A stretch of 64,000 bases of DNA from an uncultured Chloroflexia bacterium (GCA_963724295.1 CAVRUC010000008.1:224001-288000); one strand, 5' to 3'. Positions 49,214 to 59,609 are shown, counted from the first letter of the stretch. A program made the numbers and translations. Notes: generated by a model from the letters alone, not told the origin.

Positions 49214-50110
49214 ATGAGCGGCGCCGAGTTCGGGCAGCAATTGATCAACGCCCTCAGCCTGGGCAGCATCTATGCACTCGTCGCTATCGGGTTGGCGATG
49301 GTTTTCTCGATCCTGCGCCTGATCAACTTTGCTCACGGCGAAACGCTCATGATCGGCGCCGTTGCGTCAGTTCTGTTAGCGGAGCGAGGGCTTCCCTGGC
49401 CGGTCTGGGCGACGCTTGCCGTGGTCATCACGGTTCTGAGCGGGTTAGTCATCGAGCGGATCGCCTACCGCCCGCTGCGCGGCGCACCCGACGTGACCTT
49501 GTTGCTCACGTCGCTTGCGGTCTCGATCGCCCTCCAGAACGGCGCACTGCTTACCTTCGGGTCTCAACCAAGAGCGTTTCCCACTCCCGAGCCACTCGTG
49601 GGTCAGATCCTCCTGCCAGGTCAAGTACAAATCAGTCGCGTCAACCTGGTAACGATCCTGACCGCCGTCATCCTGATGATCGTATTTACCTGGTTCGTGA
49701 CGAAAACCCAGACCGGCGTCGCGATGCGAGCGACCGCCGAGAACGCGATGGCGGCGCGGCTGATGGGGATCAATATCAACACCGTGATCGTCGTCGCGTT
49801 TCTGCTCGGCGCGGCGCTGGCCGGAGTCGCCGCGCTCCTCTGGGGAGCGCGGGTCGGTCGCGTCGAATACAACATGGGGTTCATTCCGGTATTGAAAGCC
49901 TTCGTCGCGACTGTCATCGGGGGATTCGGCTCGATTCCGGGGGCCGTACTGGGCGCATACATTCTCGGCTTTGGCGAGATTTTCCTGGTCGCCCTGCTCC
50001 CGGACGCGCTCACCTCCTACCGTGATGCCTTCATTTTCTCGGCGCTGATCCTGATCCTTCTGTTCCGGCCGCAGGGCATCCTGGGGTCGACCGAGGCGGA
50101 GAAGATCTGA
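49214..50110 (+). CDS. LIV-type ABC transporter permease (LivH-like)
   Basis: Motifs GSIYALVAIG, INFAHGE, ERIAYRPLR and KAFVATVIGGFGS. Confidence 0.92.
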   Translation: MSGAEFGQQLINALSLGSIYALVAIGLAMVFSILRLINFAHGETLMIGAVASVLLAERGLPWPVWATLAVVITVLSGLVIERIAYRPLRGAPDVTLLLTSLAVSIALQNGALLTFGSQPRAFPTPEPLVGQILLPGQVQISRVNLVTILTAVILMIVFTWFVTKTQTGVAMRATAENAMAARLMGININTVIVVAFLLGAALAGVAALLWGARVGRVEYNMGFIPVLKAFVATVIGGFGSIPGAVLGAYILGFGEIFLVALLPDALTSYRDAFIFSALILILLFRPQGILGSTEAEKI

Positions 50111-50111
50111 G

Positions 50112-51281
50112 ATGGCGGCAGTCGTTCCCATACAGGGCCCCGTTCGAGAGCGGACCGGAAACCGACCACACCTGCTTCTCGGACTCGTGGTGTTGCTCCT
50201 CGGAGCGTTCGCCGCCTGGTTCGCGGATACCAACCTGAACGGATATCGCCAACAGCTCTTCATTCTGTGCGGCATCTACGCCGTCATCGCCGTGGCCCTG
50301 GCATTGACCTCCGGGTTCACGGGCGTTTTCTCACTCGGTCAAATCGGCTTCCTGGCGATTGGCGCCTACGTTGCGGCCCTCCTCTCCATGCCGCCGATGG
50401 TCAAACAGCCGATGCTCCTGCCGGGTTTGCCGGAGTGGTTGGCCACCTTCGACAGTACCGGGTGGCATCCTCAAGCCGCCCTCCTCTTTGCGTGCATCAT
50501 CTCCGGACTGGTCGCGGCACTCGTCGGGACACTCGTCGGCGCGCCGTTGATGCGCCTTTCCGGCAACTACGTCGCGGTCGCGACGATGGGCTTTCTGATC
50601 ATCGTTCACTCGATCGCGGTGAACTGGGACGACGTGACGCGTGGCGCACGTGGTCTCAGCCAAATCCCAACCACCACGAATCCATGGATCTCCTATATCT
50701 GGACCGCTATCGCGGTCTACGCTGCGCTGCGTTTGCGTAGCTCGCCATACGGCCGAGCAATGATCGCGTCGCGGGAGAATTTGATTGCATCTCGCGGCGT
50801 TGGGATCAATGTCTTGCGCTCGCGGCTGCTGGCCTTCGTGGTTAGCGCCTTCCTGACCGGAGTCGCGGGAGCACTCCTGGCGCACCAGATCGGAACCGTC
50901 GCACCGAGCGGGTTCTACTTCTCGACGACGTTTACCGTGATCATCATGGTCGTCCTGGGTGGTATGGGCAGCATTTCCGGCGCGGTTGTGGGCGCGATCA
51001 TCATGACCATCCTGCCTGAGCTAATGCGACCGATCGAAGACGGGGGGCAGCTCGGGCCGCTCGAGTTCGGCGCTCTCTATGGCATTTCCAACATCATCCT
51101 GGCCGTCGGCTTCATTCTCGTCATGATCTTTCGGCCGCAGGGTCTCTTCGGCGAGCGCGAGTTCGGGCTGGCGCTCTTTGGCCGGCGCACGACTGATCAG
51201 GAGTGGGCCGGCGAGGACATCGCGGTGACGCCGGAGATGGCGCCCGCGGTCGACGAGTCGATCCCCGATCCCCGGGCCTGA
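50112..51281 (+). CDS. LIV-type ABC transporter permease (LivM-like)
   Basis: Motifs GFTGVFSLGQ, RLSGNYVAVAT, MVVLGGMGS and FRPQGL. Confidence 0.92.
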   Translation: MAAVVPIQGPVRERTGNRPHLLLGLVVLLLGAFAAWFADTNLNGYRQQLFILCGIYAVIAVALALTSGFTGVFSLGQIGFLAIGAYVAALLSMPPMVKQPMLLPGLPEWLATFDSTGWHPQAALLFACIISGLVAALVGTLVGAPLMRLSGNYVAVATMGFLIIVHSIAVNWDDVTRGARGLSQIPTTTNPWISYIWTAIAVYAALRLRSSPYGRAMIASRENLIASRGVGINVLRSRLLAFVVSAFLTGVAGALLAHQIGTVAPSGFYFSTTFTVIIMVVLGGMGSISGAVVGAIIMTILPELMRPIEDGGQLGPLEFGALYGISNIILAVGFILVMIFRPQGLFGEREFGLALFGRRTTDQEWAGEDIAVTPEMAPAVDESIPDPRA

Positions 51282-51502
51282 GCGGCATTCAACACCAACG
51301 ACAAGACCTGGGGTGGGGGTTCGTCCCGTCCGCACGACGCTCGGGACGGAGAATTTCACGTTCGGACGCACAACTTGGTACGATGTGAAGGAACCACATT
51401 GCAGTAGGCATGCGGCCGCGCCTGATTGCCGGTGGCTCGGGCTGGCCGCGAGGCAGCGTGGAGCGTCTGAGTGGACTCGGCGCGAGGAAAGGAGTTCGAC
51501 TG

Positions 51503-52789
51503 ATGACAAACGGACAGGAGTCGCGATTGACTGGGCCGATCTCGGAATTAACGGCAAAGACTCTTCACAGTCAGTACGACCGGAGGGCGGTCATTCGCCG
51601 TGCGATGGCGCTTGGTCTCGCCGCGCCGCTCGTGGCGGCCATGCTGGAGGCAGTGCCCGTCGCCGCGCAGGACGCCTCCCCAGCCGCGGCGCCGGCCGGG
51701 GAGCCCATCAAGATCGGCTCGCCCTACAACCTGACCGGCGGCTACGCCTCGATCGACAATCCGGCGGCCAACGGTTCCCGGCTGGCGGTCAAGGAGATCA
51801 ACGAGGCCGGTGGTGTGCTCGGGCGGCCACTGGAGATCCTCATCGAGGACGGCAAGAGTGACGTGCCGACCATCACATCCGTCGCCAAGAAGCTGGTCGA
51901 GGAGGACGGCGTCCACGTTATGGCCGGATTGACCGACACGTCATACATGCTGGCGGCGGGGCCGGTAGCCCAGGAGGCCGGCATCCCCTTCCTCGACGTT
52001 GGCGGCACCGCTCCGCTGATCACCACAGTCGGTGATTTCATCTTCATGCTTCCGTTCGGCGACAACGTCCAGGCGGCGGTCGCGGCTGAGTACGCCCACG
52101 AACAGGGGTGGACCACGGCGGCGCTGCTGCTGGACGAGGCGATGGACTACACCAAGTTCCTCGCCAAGTACTTCAGCGACCGATTCACCATGGAAGACAT
52201 CGGCGGTCAGATCGTCTCCGAGCTCTCCTACTCCATGGGTGATACCGACTTTTCAGCCCAATTGACAGAGTTCGTGAATCTCAATCCGCAGCCAGACTTC
52301 CTCTTCATCTCTGCCAACCCGGGTGAGATCGGGACGATCGTGCGACAGGCCCGCGACCTGGGTCTGACGATGCCGATCGTCGGCGGCGACGGTTATGACA
52401 CTCCGCTCCTGGCCGAGTTGGGTGGGGACGCGGCGACCAACATCTACTTCACGACCCACCAGGGCATCTATGACAAGACCCCGATCTCGGAAGCCTTCAA
52501 CGCGTCCTACGAAGCCGAGTATGGCAACCCGCCGGAGGCAGTCTTCGCCGCCCTCGGTTACGACGGCATCAAGCTGATGGCCGATGCCATCACCCGCGCC
52601 GGCACCATCGACGGTACGGCGGTGCGAGACGCGCTAGCGGCAACGCAGGGCTTCGAAGGGGTCACCGGCACGATCTCCTACGAGCCGGGCGTCCGGATCC
52701 CGTCGAAGTCAGTCGCGCTGATCGAGGTCGTCGACGGGCAGAACAATCTCCTCGAGATCGTCGTGCCAGAGGTGGTTCCGGAGGCGTAG
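51503..52789 (+). CDS. LIV-type ABC transporter substrate-binding protein with a Tat-like leader
   Basis: DRRAVIRR leader; PIKIG, EINEAGGVLGR, DFSAQL, FEGVTG; SD AAAGGAG before ATG 51503. Confidence 0.9.
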   Translation: MTNGQESRLTGPISELTAKTLHSQYDRRAVIRRAMALGLAAPLVAAMLEAVPVAAQDASPAAAPAGEPIKIGSPYNLTGGYASIDNPAANGSRLAVKEINEAGGVLGRPLEILIEDGKSDVPTITSVAKKLVEEDGVHVMAGLTDTSYMLAAGPVAQEAGIPFLDVGGTAPLITTVGDFIFMLPFGDNVQAAVAAEYAHEQGWTTAALLLDEAMDYTKFLAKYFSDRFTMEDIGGQIVSELSYSMGDTDFSAQLTEFVNLNPQPDFLFISANPGEIGTIVRQARDLGLTMPIVGGDGYDTPLLAELGGDAATNIYFTTHQGIYDKTPISEAFNASYEAEYGNPPEAVFAALGYDGIKLMADAITRAGTIDGTAVRDALAATQGFEGVTGTISYEPGVRIPSKSVALIEVVDGQNNLLEIVVPEVVPEA

Positions 52790-52827
52790 GGAACAGATCT
52801 CCGCGCTCTCTGTTAATTAGCCGCACA

Positions 52828-52861
52828 GAGCCTCTCTCCCAGTGCGCTGGGAGAGAGGCTC
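52828..52861. terminator. 15-bp hairpin between convergent genes (REP-like or bidirectional terminator)
   Basis: GAGCCTCTCTCCCAG-tgcg-CTGGGAGAGAGGCTC; a related hairpin lies at 57433-57460. Confidence 0.6.
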
Positions 52862-52896
52862 GGCACCCCTTTTCGGCGTCCATGTCCTGGCGGCCA

Positions 52897-54144
52897 CTAT
52901 CCCCGCTTGTGACTGGTGCGCTCGCCCTCGATACCGGCCAGGCGTAGCGCCGCGCGTAGCAGCACGTTGGCCCCCGCTTCCAGATCTTCGGGCGTGGAGT
53001 ACTCCTGCTCGCAATGGCTGAGTCCGTTGATGGAACGGGCGAAGATCATCGCGCTGGGCGCGATCTCCTGGATGTACTTCGCGTCGTGACCGGCCCCGGA
53101 CCAGCACCGCCGCGTCGCGATACCCATCTCATCCGCCGCCGCCTGAACGGCGTCGACGACCTCGGGAGCGAAGGGCGTCGGCTCGCTCGTCCAGAAGCGG
53201 TTGATGCCGACCGTCACCCCGGTGAGTGCGGCAACGTCATTCGCCAGGCGCTCCAGCCCGGCGACGAGCCGGTCAAGCGTGGCGGCGTCGGGGTGGCGCA
53301 GATCGACGCTCATGGTCACCTTGCCGGGGATGGTGTTGATGACGTTCGGCTCCGCGGCGATGCGGCCAACCGTGCCGACGGCGCCATCGACCGCCCGCGC
53401 GATGTCGTCGACCCCAGCGATCATGCGCGCCGCGGCGACCAGGGCGTCCCGCCGCAGCGGCATCGGCGATGGTCCGGCATGATCGGCGCGCCCATCAGCG
53501 ATGATCTCGCTCCAGGTGATGCCGACGATCCCTTCGACCACACCGACGGGGACTGCCGCATCTTCCAAGACGGGACCTTGCTCGATGTGTAGCTCCAGGT
53601 AGGCGGCGATTGGACCGGGGCGGTTCGCACGCTCACCTCTGTAGCCAATGCGCTCCAACTCGTCGCCGAACGTGGCTCCGTCGCGATCGGTGCGCCCGTA
53701 GACGTACTCCGGGGTGAAGCGGCCAGCCACAGCGCCGGAGGCGAGCATCGCCGGTTCGAAGCGAACCCCCTCCTCGTTCGTCCAGTTGACGAGCTCCAGT
53801 GGACGGCGGGTCGTCACGCCGGCATCGTTGAGCGTGCGCATGACCTCCAAGGCGGCGAGGACGCCATAGGCGCCGTCGTAGCGACCGCCGCGGCGGACGG
53901 TGTCGATGTGCGAGGCCATCACGACCGCGGCGCCGCTCTCCCGACCGGCGCGGCGCCCGGTCATATTGCCGAAGTCGTCGACGCGGACGTGCAACCCAGC
54001 CTCCTCCATCCAGCGGCGAAGGAGATCGCGCCCAGCGCGATCCTCAGGTGAGAGCGCGAGCCGGGTGACACCTCCTCCGGACGTGGCCCCAATCCGGGCC
54101 AGTTGGCGCAGGTTCTCGTGCAGACGTTCGGCGTTGATGCGCAT
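52897..54144 (-). CDS. Zn-dependent N-carbamoyl-amino-acid/allantoate amidohydrolase (M20)
   Basis: Motifs SHIDTV, GRYDGAYGV, NEEGVRF, ELHIEQGPVLE, SGAGHDA and GLSH. Confidence 0.92.
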   Translation of the reverse strand: MRINAERLHENLRQLARIGATSGGGVTRLALSPEDRAGRDLLRRWMEEAGLHVRVDDFGNMTGRRAGRESGAAVVMASHIDTVRRGGRYDGAYGVLAALEVMRTLNDAGVTTRRPLELVNWTNEEGVRFEPAMLASGAVAGRFTPEYVYGRTDRDGATFGDELERIGYRGERANRPGPIAAYLELHIEQGPVLEDAAVPVGVVEGIVGITWSEIIADGRADHAGPSPMPLRRDALVAAARMIAGVDDIARAVDGAVGTVGRIAAEPNVINTIPGKVTMSVDLRHPDAATLDRLVAGLERLANDVAALTGVTVGINRFWTSEPTPFAPEVVDAVQAAADEMGIATRRCWSGAGHDAKYIQEIAPSAMIFARSINGLSHCEQEYSTPEDLEAGANVLLRAALRLAGIEGERTSHKRG

Positions 54145-54158
54145 GTCAGTCCTCCGGC

Positions 54159-54280
54159 GGGTGATTGTTCGCTGCGCTCACGGTGATGGGTGAGGGTGAT
54201 TACTCGCTGCGCTCGTGGTGATGGGGGATAGAAGACGACCCGGCATTCTCCCTATCAGCCCATCACCCTATGACCCTCGT
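54159..54280. repeat. Fourth copy (reverse) and a degenerate fifth copy of the CCACGAGCGNAGCGAGTAATCACCC element
   Basis: GGGTGATTACTCGCTGCGCTCGTGG at 54194-54218; GGGTGATTGTTCGCTGCGCTCACGG at 54159-54183. Confidence 0.75.
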
Positions 54281-55414
54281 TCACCCCATCACCCTCAACT
54301 CGCGGGTTGCTTCGTTCAAGCGAAGGCCGCCGTCCGCGGTGCAGACGACGGTGTCTTCGATCCGTATCCCGAACTGACCCGGGAAGTAGACACCCGGCTC
54401 ATCGCTGAAGACCATTCCTTCCGCCAACGGGAGAGTGTTGCCTTCCACCAGATACGGCTCCTCGTGCAGGGAGAGTCCCAGCCCGTGCCCGGTACGATGA
54501 ATGAAGGCGTCGCCATACCCGGCGTCGACGAGGACGCTTCTCGCGGCGCGATCGATCTCCTGGCAGGGGACGCCGGGTCGCACCGCCTCGAACGCGGCCT
54601 GGTTAGCGGCCAGCACGGCCTCATAGGCACGGACAAACTCGGGGGGCGGTTCGCCAACATGGGCGGTGCGGGTCACGTCGGAGTTATAGCCCTCCAGCGC
54701 TCCGCCCCAGTCGCAGACCAGCGCATCGCCGGGTCCGATCACGCGGTCGCTGGCGGTCTGATGTGGAGAGGCCCCATGCGGGCCGCTGCCGACGTTGCAG
54801 AAAACCGGCTGCAGTCCGCGCGCCGACAGCAACCCCATCAGGCGGTCGCGAACATCCCACTCGGTCAACCCCGTGATCGAAAGGGTAAGGAACTCTTCCC
54901 AGGATTCGTCGGTGCGGCGTGCGGCCTCGGCCAGCAGCGCGATCTCGCGCTCGTCCTTGATCATCCGCAACGGCCGCAGGAGTTGACCGCCCTCGGCCCA
55001 GCGAGCCCGCGGCATAGCGCGCTGGAGACGGAGGGTAAAGACGCTCCACAGTTCATCGCCGGCCGCGATGGTGCCCAGGGCGGACGTGCCGGCGACCGCG
55101 GCCACCTTCGCCGCCGGATCCTCTGTCTCCTCCCAGGAAACGATCTCCAGCAGGTCGCGTTGCTCGTGGAGGAGCGGCGCTTCCAACCCCGGCACGACGT
55201 AGTGCGGCTGACCGTCTCGAGGCAGGACGAGCACGCTCATGCGCTCCGACTCGTGTCCCTCGTAGCCGATCAGATAGAGGAGATCGGCGGAGGCGCCGAC
55301 GACGAGGAGATCGATGCCCTGGCGGGCCATCTCGTCTTGTGCGCGCCGCAGGCGATCGGCGTACGGGGTAGAGCTCGTTCCAGCATCCTGGAGACCGGTA
55401 GCGAGTGACGACAT
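54281..55414 (-). CDS. Xaa-Pro dipeptidase/aminopeptidase (M24)
   Basis: Motifs LRMIKDERE, GYNSDVTRT, HRTGHGLG, HEEPY, FSDEPGVY and GIRIED. Confidence 0.92.
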   Translation of the reverse strand: MSSLATGLQDAGTSSTPYADRLRRAQDEMARQGIDLLVVGASADLLYLIGYEGHESERMSVLVLPRDGQPHYVVPGLEAPLLHEQRDLLEIVSWEETEDPAAKVAAVAGTSALGTIAAGDELWSVFTLRLQRAMPRARWAEGGQLLRPLRMIKDEREIALLAEAARRTDESWEEFLTLSITGLTEWDVRDRLMGLLSARGLQPVFCNVGSGPHGASPHQTASDRVIGPGDALVCDWGGALEGYNSDVTRTAHVGEPPPEFVRAYEAVLAANQAAFEAVRPGVPCQEIDRAARSVLVDAGYGDAFIHRTGHGLGLSLHEEPYLVEGNTLPLAEGMVFSDEPGVYFPGQFGIRIEDTVVCTADGGLRLNEATRELRVMG

Positions 55415-55688
55415 GAAGGCTGTTCTCCTGCGAGGCGACGATCGTCCTGGCGAAATCCGATTCTAGCGCAGCCGCCCGCGGGCACTGTGGACCAGTATGT
55501 GCTCGACACACCGGCGACATTACCAGCGCCGGCCCAGCGGGGCATAGAGGCGGCATCGCTCAGGATTCCTTCAGGTAGCGTGCGGTATTCTTCGCGAACG
55601 TGTCATTTCATGTTGGCGCGACGCGTGCTGGCAGTCCGCGCTCGTCGCGGTGTTACCGACCTGGTTCTTCGTGTGCAAGGAGCAGCGG

Positions 55689-57407
55689 ATGCGCGGATAC
55701 CGACCCCGTTCCCTTGGTTGGCTCGCGACCATCTTCATGGTCGCGACCACCCTGATGATTCCCTGGCCGGCTCTGGCGCAGGACGCCACTCCCGCCGCCA
55801 GTGGCGAGCCGACCCGGTCCCTCACTCGTGAGGAGTTCACGACCCAACTAGTCGAAGATGTCGGATACACCGAGGCGGAGACGCCCGGAGGAACGGTTAT
55901 CGGCGCAATCACCGCCGATATCCAGACCGTCCTCCCTTTCCTAGCTGAAGAAGAAGCCTCGATCGCGGTCGCCAACCTGGTGTTTGAGTCGCTTGTCGGC
56001 TCTGACGTCCGCACAGGTCAGGTAGCCCCTCTCGGCCTCGCCGACTCGTGGGAGATCGCGCCTGACAACCGAACGTACACCTTTCATCTCAGCCAGGACG
56101 CGAAATGGCACGACGGCGTTGACGTCACCGCCGATGACGTCCAGTTCTCACTCGATGCCATCGCAAATCCAGAGGTAGGCAGCGCCTATACCGGAGCGTT
56201 TCTCGATACCGTCGAATCATGGCGAACGATAGATGAGCACACGGTCGAACTCGTCGCCGTGGAACCGCTCTACACATTCTTGTTCAACATCCAGGCGGCA
56301 TGGATCGTGCCCAAGCACATCTGGGAGAACGTCCCGGTTGCGGAGTGGCGAACCGATCCAGGCGCTAGCGGCACCGATCCTTCCCGGGTCATCGGATCGG
56401 GCCCGTTCAAGTTCGGTGAGTGGCGACAGGGCGAGAGCATCACCCTCAACCGCAATGAGGACTACCGCGGCAAGGTGCCCTACCTTGATTCCTACGTACT
56501 GCGCATCTGGCCGGACCGGACAGCGGTCGTCAATGCCCTGCTCAATGGGGAGGTCGACGCCGCTGAGCTCGACCCGGGGGACATCTCCGCGGTCGAAAGC
56601 ACACCGGGACTCACTGTGGCGCACTTTCCCACGACGAGCTTCACCTACTACGAGTTCAACCTCGACCCCGAGGTAACGACGCTCTGGCAGGACCAACGGG
56701 TGCGCCAGGCTCTCCTCTACGGGCTCGACCGGGAGTCGATCGTCAACGACATCCTGCTCGGATACGCCGAAGTGGCGCACGGTACACAGCCGGTCGTCTC
56801 CTACGCGTATGCCCCCGACCAAATCACGACGAAATACACCTACGATCCGGAGAAGGCCAGGTCACTCCTCGCCGAGGCGGGGTGGACTGATACGGACGGT
56901 GACGGCGGCGTCGACAAGGACGGGCAATCGCTCTCCTTCGAGCTGCTCTATATCGCTGGCTCGCCAACCAGCGACCAGATCGTCGCCTACATGCAGGATG
57001 CCTGGGCAGAGATTGGGGTTAGCGCAACGCCCCGAGCGCTCGAGTTCCCGGCATGGATCGAGGCAGTCACGACGGATGCGCCCTGGGAGATCGCGCTGGG
57101 CGGACTAACATGGGATGCCAGCTTCATTCAGGACCAGATGTTCGGCTGTGCGCAGTACCGGGTTGGGTTCAACGACATGAAGTACTGCAACCCCGAGCTC
57201 GACGCGATCAACGCGGAGGCGAAGCGGACGTTCGATGAAGATGCCCGTCGCGAGCTGCTGATCCAGGCGACGAACATCGTCAACGACGAGCAGCCGGTCG
57301 CGGTGATGCACTTTTCGCAGGACCACATTGCCTACAGTGACCGGCTTCAGAACTACACGCCCGGGCCCTGGGGAATTGACCTCAGCTACGTCTGGATCCA
57401 ACAGTAG
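55689..57407 (+). CDS. Peptide/nickel ABC transporter substrate-binding protein (family 5)
   Basis: Motifs LADSWEI, KWHDG..VTADDVQFS, IGSGPFKF and RVRQAL. Confidence 0.92.
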   Translation: MRGYRPRSLGWLATIFMVATTLMIPWPALAQDATPAASGEPTRSLTREEFTTQLVEDVGYTEAETPGGTVIGAITADIQTVLPFLAEEEASIAVANLVFESLVGSDVRTGQVAPLGLADSWEIAPDNRTYTFHLSQDAKWHDGVDVTADDVQFSLDAIANPEVGSAYTGAFLDTVESWRTIDEHTVELVAVEPLYTFLFNIQAAWIVPKHIWENVPVAEWRTDPGASGTDPSRVIGSGPFKFGEWRQGESITLNRNEDYRGKVPYLDSYVLRIWPDRTAVVNALLNGEVDAAELDPGDISAVESTPGLTVAHFPTTSFTYYEFNLDPEVTTLWQDQRVRQALLYGLDRESIVNDILLGYAEVAHGTQPVVSYAYAPDQITTKYTYDPEKARSLLAEAGWTDTDGDGGVDKDGQSLSFELLYIAGSPTSDQIVAYMQDAWAEIGVSATPRALEFPAWIEAVTTDAPWEIALGGLTWDASFIQDQMFGCAQYRVGFNDMKYCNPELDAINAEAKRTFDEDARRELLIQATNIVNDEQPVAVMHFSQDHIAYSDRLQNYTPGPWGIDLSYVWIQQ

Positions 57408-57420
57408 CCGAGGGTGTTTG

Positions 57421-57460
57421 CCCTCACCCCATCCCCTCTCCCAGCGCGCTGGGAGAGGGG
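57421..57460. repeat. REP-like hairpin CCCTCACCCC...CCCCTCTCCCAG-cgcg-CTGGGAGAGGGG
   Basis: A 12-bp perfect stem related to the hairpin at 52828. Confidence 0.6.
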
Positions 57461-57610
57461 CATTTCCCGCGCTGCGAAGCGATTATGTATACTCGGAAGG
57501 TCCGCCTCAACTGGGGCTCGTTTGCCCTTCGCAATTGGTGATCAGTTCATGAGCGCCATGTCTTTGCCCGCAAACGACGTATTCGTGACGCCTGCCGCGG
57601 GGAGCCCGCG

Positions 57611-58588
57611 GTGACCGCCTACATTATTCGCCGCCTGCTGCAGATGATCCCGCTGATCTTCGGGGTCACCTTTTTAACCTTCGCCCTGATCAACCTCATC
57701 CCGGGGAGCCCCGTAGCGCGGCTGCGCGACAACCCGAAGATCCGTCCCGAGGCGGCTATCGAGCTGGAGCGGCAACTGGGGCTGGATAAGCCCTGGCCGG
57801 AGCGCTACGTGCGCTGGCTGGGCGATCTTGCCCATGGGGACCTGGGTGTCTCGCTCTACAACCGCCTGCCGGTGGCCGACCGCATCTGGGCGGTAATCCC
57901 CAATACGCTGCTGCTGGCAGTCCTCGCCTTGGCGCTGGCGCTCCTGATCGCGGTGCCGCTGGGGGTCTATTCGGCGGTGAAACACGGCAGCCTTTTCGAT
58001 CGCTCGGCGAGCGTTGGCGCGGTCGCGATGTATGCCATGCCTGACTTCTGGCTGGCACTGCTGCTGGTGATCCTGTTCTCGCTCAAGTTTCGGGAATGGG
58101 GACTTCCATCATTGCCCGTCGGCGGCATGGTCGATCCCCGCAGCGGCGGGGGATTCCTGGATCGGGTCGAGCATCTCATCCTGCCTGTGCTGGCACTGGC
58201 CATGGTCCAGATTGGCTCCTGGTCGGCATTCTTCCGCTCGTCGATGCTGGAGACGCTGAGCCAGGAATATGTCCGCACCGCCCATGGAAAAGGGTTGCCG
58301 AGCCGGACCATCCTCTACGTGCACGCCTTCAAGAACGCCTTCCTGCCGCTGATCACGATCGTCGGACTGGCCTTGCCGGGGCTACTCGGCGGCGCCTTCT
58401 TCATCGAGACCATCTTCGCCTGGCCGGGGATGGGGCGGCTCACGTTCGAGGCGGTCGGACGCCGCGACTACACGATGATCATGGCCACCACGCTGATGTT
58501 CTCCGTGCTGACGATGGTGAGCAATCTCATCGCGGATGTGCTCTACGCGGTTCTCGATCCACGCATCCGGCTGGAGGATGGCGCCTGA
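57611..58588 (+). CDS. Peptide ABC transporter permease (OppB/DppB-like)
   Basis: Motifs YIIRRLL, GLDKP, GDLGVS, EYVRTAHGKG, ETIFAWPGMG and DPRI. Confidence 0.93.
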   Translation: MTAYIIRRLLQMIPLIFGVTFLTFALINLIPGSPVARLRDNPKIRPEAAIELERQLGLDKPWPERYVRWLGDLAHGDLGVSLYNRLPVADRIWAVIPNTLLLAVLALALALLIAVPLGVYSAVKHGSLFDRSASVGAVAMYAMPDFWLALLLVILFSLKFREWGLPSLPVGGMVDPRSGGGFLDRVEHLILPVLALAMVQIGSWSAFFRSSMLETLSQEYVRTAHGKGLPSRTILYVHAFKNAFLPLITIVGLALPGLLGGAFFIETIFAWPGMGRLTFEAVGRRDYTMIMATTLMFSVLTMVSNLIADVLYAVLDPRIRLEDGA

Positions 58589-58589
58589 G

Positions 58590-59609
58590 ATGATCGACAT
58601 CGCATCCAGCGAGCAGGAAAGCGAGTATCAGCTCGCGCCGACGACCGATCCGCCAGCAAACGTCCCTCCATTTCGAGGAACACCGACCCTCTCCGCGCAC
58701 GCCGCCGCCGAGGCGTACGACGGCGTGCTCGACCGCCGCTCCCTGCGCAAGACGCCGGGGCTGTACACGCGCGCCTGGCACCGCTTCCGCACCAACTATG
58801 TGGCAATGGCGGCGCTGGTAGTCCTCAGCCTGATCGTCATCTTCGTCCTCTGCGCCGGGCTGATCTCAACCTACGTGACCGGGTTCACGGCTCAGGAAAA
58901 CCACCTCGCCGATAAGTTGAAGCCCCCGATGACCGACGGCTACATCCTGGGCAGCGATGGCAACGGCCGGGACATTCTGACGCGACTGGCATTTGGCGGG
59001 CGCATCTCGATCATGATCGCCGTGCTCTCGGCCTTCGCCACCTTTTTCGTGGGCGGCACGATCGGGCTCCTGTCCGGATACGCGGGGGGGAAAGTCGACA
59101 CCGTCATCATGCGGCTCGTCGACGTTCTCCTCTCCATCCCCGGCCTGCCCCTGCTGATCCTGATTGCCTCACTTTACTCGCCGGGACCGGTCGGGTTGGC
59201 ACTCATCCTGGCCTTTGTCGCGTGGCCGGGGATCGCCCGCATCGTGCGAGGCGAGGTCCTCGCCTTGCGCGGGCGCGAATACGTCGATGCCGCGCGCACG
59301 CTCGGCGCGTCGTCGATGCGGATCGTGCTGCGGCACATTTTGCCGAATGTGATGCCGCTGCTGGTGGTCTACATCTCGCTCATCATCCCCGGGTTGATCC
59401 TGGCCGAGACGGGCCTCTCCTTCCTCGGTATCGGGGTACAAGTGCCAACCCCGTCATGGGGCAACATGCTGGGCGACGCGCAGCAGTTCTTCCGTACCAA
59501 CGTCAGCAACGTCATCATCCCCGGTCTGATGATCTACGTCACATCGCTGACCATGTACCTGGTGGGCAGCGGCCTCCGCGACGCGTTCGATCCGCGCCTG
59601 ACTGAGTAG
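58590..59609 (+). CDS. Peptide ABC transporter permease (OppC/DppC-like)
   Basis: Motifs LGSDGNGRD, EYVDAARTLGAS, HILPN, LSFLGIG, PSWGNML and GLRDAFDP. Confidence 0.93.
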   Translation: MIDIASSEQESEYQLAPTTDPPANVPPFRGTPTLSAHAAAEAYDGVLDRRSLRKTPGLYTRAWHRFRTNYVAMAALVVLSLIVIFVLCAGLISTYVTGFTAQENHLADKLKPPMTDGYILGSDGNGRDILTRLAFGGRISIMIAVLSAFATFFVGGTIGLLSGYAGGKVDTVIMRLVDVLLSIPGLPLLILIASLYSPGPVGLALILAFVAWPGIARIVRGEVLALRGREYVDAARTLGASSMRIVLRHILPNVMPLLVVYISLIIPGLILAETGLSFLGIGVQVPTPSWGNMLGDAQQFFRTNVSNVIIPGLMIYVTSLTMYLVGSGLRDAFDPRLTE

